Assembly: GCA_964194835.1 (NCBI GenBank) | Contig: CAXMOE010000002.1 | Location: forward strand, 277 to 43,461 | Length of the DNA: 43,185 nucleotides | Direction: 5' to 3' | Source: an uncultured Flavobacteriaceae bacterium | Lineage (GTDB): Bacteria > Bacteroidota > Bacteroidia > Flavobacteriales > Flavobacteriaceae | Part shown: piece after piece, positions 1-7,726 of the stretch | Layout of the letters: each line of letters opens with the position of its first letter | Position numbering within the stretch: position 1 is the stretch's first letter | Made by a program: the position numbers and the translations under genes | Notes under the pieces: model-generated | Database searches by the model: none | Told to the model about the DNA's origin: nothing | The model's input: the letters and a program-made list of their open reading frames with translations, nothing else

Positions 1-35
1 CTTCCGCTAAGATCCGCAACTTACTCTTTGAAGGC

Positions 36-1820
36 TTATTGGCCATTTTTACCATTCTTTAATTCATCCAATTTTTGCTCAACCTTATAGTGTTCCGTTA
101 CATCTGTGGAGATACAGATAATTCCTGCAATCTCTTCATGCTTATACATAGGTCTCACCGTTAGGTCATAATATCTATTTTCTACTCCAATACTAATAGC
201 AAGCGTTTTTCTATTGGGTTTTCCGGTTTTAAGTACTTTTTTCTTTATTTGGGTCAGCATTAACATATCTTTTTCTGAGAGAAGTCCCTTATCAGATCTT
301 CCAATCATACTCCCTATTTGAAAATCTGGAAACATATTTTTATCACTGTTATAAACCAGGTTCTTATCCTGAGTAAAAAAAACGGTTTTTGTCTTTTTCA
401 GCAAGTGCTCAAAGTTTGATTTGAAAAGTTCCAGTTCATCTGAAAGAAGTTTTTCTTTGGTAATGTCCACGAAAGTAACAACCACACCATCAATTACATT
501 CTTGGACGTTCTATAGGGCATGATCTGCATCTGGTACCATATTCCTTTTTTGCTTTTTACCGATGTTTTAAAAGAAACCAGACTTTCCATCACTTTCTTC
601 AGATCTTTCTCAAAATTTTTATAAATGAGGTTGGAGGAAATATCCTCTATCGAACGGCCCACATCACCTTCAATAAGGTTAATTACTTTTGTCATCGAAG
701 GTGTGAATCTTTGGATAATCAATTTGGCATTCAAAAAGATAGTGCCTATTTCGGTACTGTAAAGCAAATTATTAAGGTCATCATTGGTTTGGTCCAACTC
801 ATCAATTTTTCCTTGTAGTTCTGAGTTTACCGTCACCAGCTCTTCGTTTACACTTTGTAATTCTTCCTTAGAGGTTTCAAGTTCCTCATTGGTACTTTGC
901 AATTCTTCATTGGTAGACTGCAATTCTTCATTGGAGGATTTCATCTCCTCGTTAACAAATTCCAGTTCCTCAATAGTATTCCGCAAATATTCCTTGGTGG
1001 AGGAAAGTTCTTGCTCCAAAGATTCTATTTCAGTAATGTCAACCGTATGCTTTGTATTAAACTCCAAGGTCGTGGCAATTTCTACTTGGTGGTCTGCAAA
1101 AGTAATCATGAGATAATCCTCATCCGGCTTGAGATGTTTTATAGGTCTTACGCAAAGTTCAATCACCTGCATACTTCCATTGGTTCTGACTTTTACCCCT
1201 GGTCTCACTTCCTTTTTCTTGCTCTTCCGTACTTTAGAGATGATGGTGCGAAGTGGTATCTTAAGGCCCTCCCTTGCCATGTCAACTATATTAAATCGAG
1301 CCTCACCAGGAGAAGGTTGCAGGTACTTGCCAGTATTACCGGAAAAATATACTGCATCTCCCCTTTGGTTTACAATAACACAAGCTGGGGCATAATTAGA
1401 CAAAAGCAATCGTTCCGTTATCATGGCCAGATTATCTTGATCCGACTTCTTCGATGGGGGTATTAAGGAAATTTTTTGCGGTAAGGGATCCCGTAAATGA
1501 TGTCCAATCGTCGGCTTTCTATGATTTTGAACATTTCTACGCTTATATATCCTGTTCTTTCTATCTAACACATCATAAATATCGGTCCAAGAGCCGAGTG
1601 ATTCTGAATTGCCCAAAAACAAGATGCCACTAGGATTCAAAGCATAATGGAAAATAGAGAATATCTTTCCCTGCGTTTCAGCATTTAGATAAATAAGTAG
1701 ATTTCTACAACTAATCATATCCTGTTTGGAGAAAGGGGGGTCTTTAATGACGTTGTGTACAGCAAATATAACTTGGTCCCGGATTTCTTTTTTTATTTGA
1801 TAGGTGGAGGTTTCTTCCAT
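36..1820 (-). CDS. CheB/CheR-PAS signalling protein, C-terminal fragment (C-half of the CheR methyltransferase fold, heptad coiled coil, PAS-like modules)
   Basis: 594-aa ORF. The N-terminus (IRDQVIFAVHNVIKDPPFSKQDMISCRNLLIYL) matches the C-terminal half of a CheR SAM-methyltransferase domain. NEELQSTNEELQSTNEELETSKEELQSVNEEL is the coiled-coil linker typical of CheB/CheR fusion sensors, and PAS-like segments follow. It is in the same frame as ORF 1872..3017, separated only by one TAG at 1872..1874. Confidence 0.8.
   Translation of the reverse strand: MEETSTYQIKKEIRDQVIFAVHNVIKDPPFSKQDMISCRNLLIYLNAETQGKIFSIFHYALNPSGILFLGNSESLGSWTDIYDVLDRKNRIYKRRNVQNHRKPTIGHHLRDPLPQKISLIPPSKKSDQDNLAMITERLLLSNYAPACVIVNQRGDAVYFSGNTGKYLQPSPGEARFNIVDMAREGLKIPLRTIISKVRKSKKKEVRPGVKVRTNGSMQVIELCVRPIKHLKPDEDYLMITFADHQVEIATTLEFNTKHTVDITEIESLEQELSSTKEYLRNTIEELEFVNEEMKSSNEELQSTNEELQSTNEELETSKEELQSVNEELVTVNSELQGKIDELDQTNDDLNNLLYSTEIGTIFLNAKLIIQRFTPSMTKVINLIEGDVGRSIEDISSNLIYKNFEKDLKKVMESLVSFKTSVKSKKGIWYQMQIMPYRTSKNVIDGVVVTFVDITKEKLLSDELELFKSNFEHLLKKTKTVFFTQDKNLVYNSDKNMFPDFQIGSMIGRSDKGLLSEKDMLMLTQIKKKVLKTGKPNRKTLAISIGVENRYYDLTVRPMYKHEEIAGIICISTDVTEHYKVEQKLDELKNGKNGQ
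840..986 (-). repeat. 21-bp periodic in-frame repeat encoding the xEELxxx heptad coiled coil of the CheB/CheR protein
   Basis: Tandem 21-nt units, for example ttcctcattggtactttgcaa / ttcttcattggtagactgcaa / ttcttcattggaggatttcat at 882..944, with degenerate units on both sides. They translate to NEELQST repeats on the minus strand. Confidence 0.7.
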
Positions 1821-1871
1821 AAAGTATCGATCGAGATGTTCTGAACTAACATCTGCCGAAATAGTCTTCAG

Positions 1872-3017
1872 CTAAACCCCAGATCTTGCAAGATTGATGC
1901 CGTCATTATCTATGTCCGAAGCAAAAATCTGAAGTTTCAAATCTTTATTTTGTTCCCTGATGGCATCGTTGAAAAGTAAGGCAAGTGAATATGCCTCTTC
2001 TCCTGTAGAGCAGCCTGGAACCCAGATACGAATAATCTCCCCCCTCGATTTTTGTTTGATAATTTGGGGAATGATTTTTTCCTTTAAAACTTCGAAAATT
2101 TCCTTATCCCTAAAAAAGCTTGTTACTCCAATAAGCAGTTCTTTGAACAACCTCAATGTTTCTTCCGGGTTTCTCTGAAGATGTTTAATATAATCTTCAG
2201 GTCTATCTATTTGGTTGACAGCCATCCGTTTTTCAATTCTGCGGATCACAGTGCTACTCTTATATTGCCCGAAGTTACATCCAGTCTCATCACGTACTAT
2301 GATGAATACTTTTTCCAATAGATCCTTCTCAGTAAAAATTTCAGGTACTTTATTCACTGATTTGAAATTTTTCCTTCTCGCATATTTCATGAGTAGCCCA
2401 GGAATTTCCTTTGCCGATAACACTATATCCTCAGCTCCGGCAGCTATTGCACTCCTTGGCATCCCATCATATTGTGCTGTCTTTGGATCCTGTACAATTG
2501 AAAGACCACCCTGGCCTTTAATGATCTTTAGACTTAGAGTCCCTTCCGTACCTGTTCCCGACATAATAATCCCAACAGCTCTTTCCCCTTGGTCTTGGGC
2601 AAGTGTACGCAAGAAAAAATCAATGGGTTTTCGGAAGCCCCTTGCGTCGGAGGGCTCCATGAGATAAAGTATTCCCTTTAAGATGGCCATATCCTTGTTT
2701 GGAGGAATTATATAAACCTTATTGGGTTCCACTTGCATATTGTCAACTACTTCACTTACCTTCATCTTGGTATGTTTCCCCAAGAGTTCTACTAAAAGAC
2801 TTTTGTGTGTTGGGTCAAGATGCTGTACAAGAACAAATGCCATTCCTGGTTCATCTGGCGTCGCTAAAAAAAATTCTTTAAATGCTTCCAACCCACCTGC
2901 AGATGCCCCAATACCCACAATAAGAAAGTTATTCTCCTTCTTTCCAGAACTAGAATCTTTCTTGGGGGATATTGGCTTATTCTTGGATTTTGGTGATCCT
3001 GTATTTCTCTTTGCCAT
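1872..3017 (-). CDS. CheB/CheR-PAS signalling protein, N-terminal fragment (CheB-type methylesterase plus N-half of CheR), ending at a premature in-frame TAG
   Basis: 381-aa ORF. GIGASAGGLEAFKEFF and VQHLDPTH are CheB-like methylesterase motifs. FFRDKEIF and IRIWVPGCSTGEEAYSLA are the CheR N-terminal and SAM-binding motifs. The ORF stops inside the CheR domain (..INLARSGV*) and the domain continues in frame in ORF 36..1820. Confidence 0.8.
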   Translation of the reverse strand: MAKRNTGSPKSKNKPISPKKDSSSGKKENNFLIVGIGASAGGLEAFKEFFLATPDEPGMAFVLVQHLDPTHKSLLVELLGKHTKMKVSEVVDNMQVEPNKVYIIPPNKDMAILKGILYLMEPSDARGFRKPIDFFLRTLAQDQGERAVGIIMSGTGTEGTLSLKIIKGQGGLSIVQDPKTAQYDGMPRSAIAAGAEDIVLSAKEIPGLLMKYARRKNFKSVNKVPEIFTEKDLLEKVFIIVRDETGCNFGQYKSSTVIRRIEKRMAVNQIDRPEDYIKHLQRNPEETLRLFKELLIGVTSFFRDKEIFEVLKEKIIPQIIKQKSRGEIIRIWVPGCSTGEEAYSLALLFNDAIREQNKDLKLQIFASDIDNDGINLARSGV

Positions 3018-3059
3018 ATTAGTATTCGGTCAATTATGAAAGTCAACTAAAGCATTGTA

Positions 3060-3080
3060 ACACTAATTATAAATTAGTGT
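3060..3080. promoter_or_regulatory. Perfect 21-bp palindrome ACACTAATT-ATA-AATTAGTGT, a candidate operator upstream of the CheB/CheR gene
   Basis: 9-bp perfect inverted arms with a 3-nt centre, 43 nt upstream of the ATG at 3017 on the minus strand. The stem is AT-rich with no flanking T-run, so an operator is more likely than a terminator. Confidence 0.3.
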
Positions 3081-3504
3081 ATTTAGTAAGGTACAAAATG
3101 TTGATTATTTATAAAGATTTCCGGGAGGAAAAATTAACCCCGTTATAGATATAATGATAATAGTCACCTATTCCAATTCATGGTTTTTGATAAATTAAAA
3201 TCCTTTTTAGGCACCAAGGGTCAATGGGATTTTATCTTGAACATATTGCAAAGGCACTTTGGTTCTTTCTTTATGGAAAGAATACCAAAAGTATTAGCGC
3301 ATTTAACCCTAACAACCAATACATTTAATTTTGAAAACACCTTGCAAGTATTGATTTTTGGAAAAGTATTGATTATGATTCGCAGAATATTTTTATCTTC
3401 CGAACCGATTAGATAAAACAGTTGATCTGCCCTACAGAAGAAAGGGCCTAGTATTGGAAGTTTTACTAAAAAATATGGTTAAACAAGACACAAGTAAAAC
3501 TTCA

Positions 3505-4383
3505 ATGAGTAAAATCGCGTCCATTTGTTTTCTATTGCTCTTTTCATCTATGGTATTTGGACAATTATCAGATCTTGCAAAAATTGATTATACATATGTA
3601 CCCAAAGGCGATACCAATGTAGGTTATAGCAGAGCTCGTGCTTTATTTAATTACCCCGTAAAACTTAAGGAGGACAAGTACTTATTTTTGGGATTAAATT
3701 ACAGTAACATTGAGCTATCTTTTGATTCTTCCGTTGATGCATTTAACACTGAGGTAATTCAAGACTTTCAGTTATTGGACTTTATTATTGCTTATACTTT
3801 TAAGGTTAACGAGGATTGGCGATTTGGAGCAAGGTTTTCTCCAGGTTATAGTTCAAACCTAGTAAAAAATATTTCTATTGAAGATGTTGTTTTTGCAGCG
3901 GATATTGTATTCATAAATAACAAAAAGAACGACGAGAACGTTACTAAGCCGTACCAACTTATATTAGGGATTTCCTATTCGGAAAATAGGGGAATTCCCT
4001 TTCCCATTCCATTTATTAGTTACTATAGAAAGTTTGATCCAAAGTGGTCCTTCAAAATAGGTATTCCCAAGTCTAATTTACAGTACCATCTTTCTGAAAA
4101 ATCAAGGTTCAAATTAGTTGCTGAACTTGATGGTTTTACGGCCAATATACAGAACGGCCTTTTAGTAAATGAAAATGAAATAGCCGATATGATTAATATG
4201 TCGATTGTGATTGGCGGACTACGATATGAATATAAATTCAGCAAGAATATAGAACTATTTTGTAGTGCAGCAAATATCTTCTTTAGCAATGCAGAATTAC
4301 AGGATAATAAAAGCAAAAAAATTATCTCGGTAAACAAAAAAAACACATTTTACTTACGAACAGGGATACGATTTAAATTATAA
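3505..4383 (+). CDS. Hypothetical outer-membrane beta-barrel protein with a signal peptide
   Basis: The ORF is open from 3454 (TTG). Signal peptide MSKIASICFLLLFSSMVFGQ starts at the ATG at 3505, with 3475 as an alternative start. The sequence has alternating amphipathic strand-like segments and a C-terminal ..YLRTGIRFKL typical of OM barrels. I recognise no specific family. Confidence 0.6.
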   Translation: MSKIASICFLLLFSSMVFGQLSDLAKIDYTYVPKGDTNVGYSRARALFNYPVKLKEDKYLFLGLNYSNIELSFDSSVDAFNTEVIQDFQLLDFIIAYTFKVNEDWRFGARFSPGYSSNLVKNISIEDVVFAADIVFINNKKNDENVTKPYQLILGISYSENRGIPFPIPFISYYRKFDPKWSFKIGIPKSNLQYHLSEKSRFKLVAELDGFTANIQNGLLVNENEIADMINMSIVIGGLRYEYKFSKNIELFCSAANIFFSNAELQDNKSKKIISVNKKNTFYLRTGIRFKL

Positions 4384-4702
4384 AAGGATATCATCGGAGA
4401 TTAAAAAGCAGAATATTCCTTTATCCCACATTCCATAAATCATATTAAATCGTGTTTGTAAGCCCCACCTGGTCAACTTTTTTTTATTCTAAACTTTTGT
4501 TAAGAAGTAAATGGGAATTGTTAGGTAATGCTAAATTTACTGAGAAGTATTGTCTTAAATTCAATCCAGTCTTTTAAACAAGTATTCAAAGACAACTTAT
4601 GTCATGAATATGATTGAATACATAATTGACATTTTGAATTCCGAAATACTTATTGAATGTATTTTTTGTTGAAGCCGATCAATTTGTTTGTAATTTATAA
4701 TT

Positions 4703-5143
4703 ATGAAAACGAAATTTATTACAATTTTTGTGCTTGTTTTAGTTATTAGTAACTCCATTGCCCAGGATAGGCAAACCGACTTCACAAAAGCAAAAGAAAT
4801 AGCCACAAAAGAAAACAAAACCATAATACTGGTCTTCCAAGGATCGGATTGGTGTGCACCATGTATAAAATTGGATAGGGAAGTTTGGGGTACGGACGAA
4901 TTCAAAGCATATGTCAAAGAACATTTTGTGATGTTACAGGCCGACTTTCCCAGAAAGAAGAGCAACACTTTAGATGCTGTACAGCAAGAAAAAAACAACA
5001 AACTTGCCGAAATGTATAATCGGAATGGTTATTTTCCGTTAGTAGTTGTTTTGGACAATAAGGGAAAGGTTATGGGCAGCACCAGTTATATGAAAATGAA
5101 ACCAACCGAATATATTAAACTACTGGAATCGTTTAAAACCTAA
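4703..5143 (+). CDS. Secreted thioredoxin-fold protein (CxxC)
   Basis: Signal peptide MKTKFITIFVLVLVISNSIAQ. The motif QGSDWCAPCIKL contains a thioredoxin-type CAPC active site. The stop lies 3 nt before the apbE start. Confidence 0.8.
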   Translation: MKTKFITIFVLVLVISNSIAQDRQTDFTKAKEIATKENKTIILVFQGSDWCAPCIKLDREVWGTDEFKAYVKEHFVMLQADFPRKKSNTLDAVQQEKNNKLAEMYNRNGYFPLVVVLDNKGKVMGSTSYMKMKPTEYIKLLESFKT

Positions 5144-5146
5144 TTA

Positions 5147-6133
5147 TTGGGAAAATTAGTTCTTACATATAGCATACTTCTGTTGTCTATTTCATTATTT
5201 TCACAACAGTCCTATAAGCGCAGTTTAATGCTTATGGGAAGTGGCTTTGACATCACGGTAGTGGCAAACGATTCTGTTCAGGCAAATGAATATATTGACA
5301 CAGCGGTCAATGAAATAATACGAATTGAAAAGCTAATCTCTTCCTGGGATCAAAATTCCCAAACTTCGGCAATCAATAAAAATTCAGGCAACAAACCTGT
5401 GAAGGTCGACCAAGAATTGTTTGGTTTAATAGAAAGGGCCATTGGGATTAGCAAACTTACAGATGGTGCATTTGATATAAGTTATGCATCCATGGACAGA
5501 ATTTGGAAGTTTGATGGCAGTATGACCAAAATGCCAACCGAAGAAATTGTAAAATTATCTGTTACCAAAGTTGGTTTCCAGAATATTCTTCTCGACAAGG
5601 AAAATGGTACGGTATTTCTGAAATTGAAGGGGATGAAAATCGGTTTTGGGGCCATTGGGAAAGGTTATGCAGCCGATAAGGCCAAAGAGTTACTTGTTAA
5701 AAAAGGTGTGCCCTCTGGTATTATAAATGCCTCTGGAGACATGAACACCTGGGGTAAACAACCCAACGGACAAGCATGGAAAGTGGCGATCACCAATCCA
5801 ATGGACAAAAATAAGGCTTTTGCATTGTTACCCATTACTACCAATGGAGCCGTGGTTACTTCCGGAAATTATGAAAAATATGTCACCTTTGAAGACAAAC
5901 GGTATTCACACATTATTGACCCAAGAACGGGTTACCCATCCAGCGGTATTATAAGTGTTACCGTTTTTGCGCCCAAGGCAGAACTTGCCGATGCTCTGGC
6001 AACCTCCGTTTTTGTGATGGGAAAAGAAGTAGGACTCAACAGAATAGATCAATTACCAAAAATAGAGTGCGTTATCATAGATGAAAATGGCAATATCTTT
6101 ACATCAAAGAATATAGAAATAGAAAAAATATGA
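5147..6133 (+). CDS. apbE: FAD:protein FMN transferase (ApbE family), secreted
   Basis: TTG start followed by signal-like LVLTYSILLLSISLFSQQ. ApbE hallmarks are LMGSGFDITV, GAIGKGYAADKA, TSGNYEKY and YSHIIDPRTGYP. Confidence 0.85.
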   Translation: MGKLVLTYSILLLSISLFSQQSYKRSLMLMGSGFDITVVANDSVQANEYIDTAVNEIIRIEKLISSWDQNSQTSAINKNSGNKPVKVDQELFGLIERAIGISKLTDGAFDISYASMDRIWKFDGSMTKMPTEEIVKLSVTKVGFQNILLDKENGTVFLKLKGMKIGFGAIGKGYAADKAKELLVKKGVPSGIINASGDMNTWGKQPNGQAWKVAITNPMDKNKAFALLPITTNGAVVTSGNYEKYVTFEDKRYSHIIDPRTGYPSSGIISVTVFAPKAELADALATSVFVMGKEVGLNRIDQLPKIECVIIDENGNIFTSKNIEIEKI

Positions 6134-6342
6134 TCAAGAAGTTCATTATAATGGCATGTATTGCCAGCTTTTTCAGTTCTTGCGTAGTCGTAAAAGAATA
6201 TGGAAAGGTAAACATCAACGACCCGGATATGATATTGGCCGATAAAAAATCCGAAAGATATATAACAACTTTTCATTCCTACAGGGAAGCAGCTGTTGGT
6301 GCCAATGGGGGTAAAACCGGAGGAGGCTGCGGCTGTAATTAG
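6130..6342 (+). CDS. DUF4266-family small lipoprotein
   Basis: 70 aa. The lipobox is FFSSC. The C-terminal tail YREAAVGANGGKTGGGCGCN matches my memory of the conserved Gly/Cys-rich DUF4266 ending. The start overlaps the apbE stop (ATGA). Confidence 0.7.
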   Translation: MIKKFIIMACIASFFSSCVVVKEYGKVNINDPDMILADKKSERYITTFHSYREAAVGANGGKTGGGCGCN

Positions 6343-6345
6343 CTT

Positions 6346-7659
6346 ATGAAAATAAAGCACCTACGTATAATCCCTGTATTGTTATTTGCAGCACTGGGAT
6401 ACGCCCAAGAACAACCTCAAGACTATAAAAAACGAGTATTGGAAACCACTGAAGTAGATTTTCTTTCCAGTTACTATTCCCAAGATGGCAATAATGCTGC
6501 CGTAAGCGGAGGCATAGGGACCGAGGAACTTACTGATTTTACAGCAACTTTAGTGATCTCAATACCCCTGAACGATGATGATGTATTATCCATTGATGCT
6601 GGTGTTTCGGCATATACTTCCGCTTCTTCAAGTAATGTAGACCCGTTTGACGGGGGACAAGCTGCCGACCCGTTCATTGCAAGTTCTGGATCTTCAAAGG
6701 CAGATACTTGGGCAAATCTTACAGGAGTCTATAGTCATAGTTCAGAGGACAGAAATGATATTTGGACCGCCAAGTTATCGGTATCATCGGAGTACGATTA
6801 TTTTTCAGCTGGTGTAGGTGGTAGTTACACCAAGCTTTTCAATGAGAAAAATACTGAACTAAGTATAAACGGGAACGCTTATATAGATACTTGGAACGTG
6901 ATCTATCCTTCAGAATTACGTCCTTTTGAAAATGGCCGTGAAGGTTTGAGCAATAGTCTGTTCACACAAAATACAATTACAGGCAACTCAAATTATAATC
7001 CTTCATTTACCGAAATTGATAATGATGGCCGTAACTCGTATTCATTGGGATTCGGTTTTTCCCAGATACTATCCCCAAAACTGCAGGGTTCACTACTATT
7101 GGATTTTGTACAACAAGACGGTTTGTTGTCCACGCCTTTTCAGAGAGTGTATTTTAGTGATGTGGCTGATTCGTTTATTGATAATTTCCAATTAGCCGAC
7201 GACATAGAACGTTTGCCGGATTCAAGATTTAAAGTAGCTGTTGGGGGTCGATTAAACTATTATATTGATGAGACCTTTACCGTACGCACCTATTACCGCT
7301 ACTACTTTGATGATTGGGGCATAACCTCACACACTGCTAGTGTAGAGGTCCCAATAAAGATTACGGATAAATTTACTTTATATCCTTCATATCGTTTTTA
7401 CAATCAAACTGCCGCAGACTACTTTGCACCCTATGAACAACATCTTTCAACAAGTGAGTACTACACCTCGGATTATGATCTATCAAAGTATAATGCCAAT
7501 CAATTTGGAATTGGTGTTACTTACACAGACATCTTTACCAAGTTTCACATTTGGAAAATAGGTCTAAAAAGTATTGACCTAAAATTTAACCAATATGATA
7601 GGGATTCTGGATTAAGCGCCAGTATTATATCCGCGGGATTCAAGTTTGTGATGGATTAG
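6346..7659 (+). CDS. DUF3570-family predicted outer-membrane beta-barrel protein
   Basis: 437 aa with signal peptide MKIKHLRIIPVLLFAALGYAQ. Composition is Tyr/Ser/Gly-rich and beta-strand-like, ending ..SAGFKFVMD. It starts 3 nt after the DUF4266 gene, which is the usual DUF4266-DUF3570 pairing. Confidence 0.65.
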   Translation: MKIKHLRIIPVLLFAALGYAQEQPQDYKKRVLETTEVDFLSSYYSQDGNNAAVSGGIGTEELTDFTATLVISIPLNDDDVLSIDAGVSAYTSASSSNVDPFDGGQAADPFIASSGSSKADTWANLTGVYSHSSEDRNDIWTAKLSVSSEYDYFSAGVGGSYTKLFNEKNTELSINGNAYIDTWNVIYPSELRPFENGREGLSNSLFTQNTITGNSNYNPSFTEIDNDGRNSYSLGFGFSQILSPKLQGSLLLDFVQQDGLLSTPFQRVYFSDVADSFIDNFQLADDIERLPDSRFKVAVGGRLNYYIDETFTVRTYYRYYFDDWGITSHTASVEVPIKITDKFTLYPSYRFYNQTAADYFAPYEQHLSTSEYYTSDYDLSKYNANQFGIGVTYTDIFTKFHIWKIGLKSIDLKFNQYDRDSGLSASIISAGFKFVMD

Positions 7660-7685
7660 CTTCATTGATAAGTAAGGTTTGGTAG

Positions 7686-7708
7686 AAGCGGTTGTTTTAA
7701 TGCCGCTT
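7686..7708. terminator. Weak hairpin between convergent genes (AAGCGG-N11-CCGCTT)
   Basis: 6-bp GC-containing stem between the DUF3570 stop (7659) and the DmpA-like stop (7727). There is no clear U-tract. Confidence 0.3.
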
Positions 7709-7726
7709 ATACATTGTTGCAACACG

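Noticed and set aside
1-19. Possible TTG start of a response-regulator-like gene ((M)RILAE..) on the minus strand at the window edge
   Set aside because: Only six codons are visible, which is far too little to support a feature. I mention it only as context for the CheB/CheR finding.
840-986. Regular 21-bp periodicity that could be mistaken for a mini repeat array or CRISPR
   Set aside because: The units are contiguous with no spacers, are in frame, and encode a coiled-coil heptad pattern inside a gene. It is neither a CRISPR array nor a non-coding repeat.
784-1466. Three overlapping plus-strand ORFs (110, 189 and 88 aa) inside the CheB/CheR gene
   Set aside because: They are antisense to a well-supported coding region. 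Ser/Leu-rich translations arise from the reverse complement of the EELQS heptad repeat.
3180-3416. 78-aa ORF in the long intergenic region
   Set aside because: I see no recognisable motif, no signal peptide and no promoter box in front. The opposite strand is equally open without a start codon. I treat the region as non-coding.
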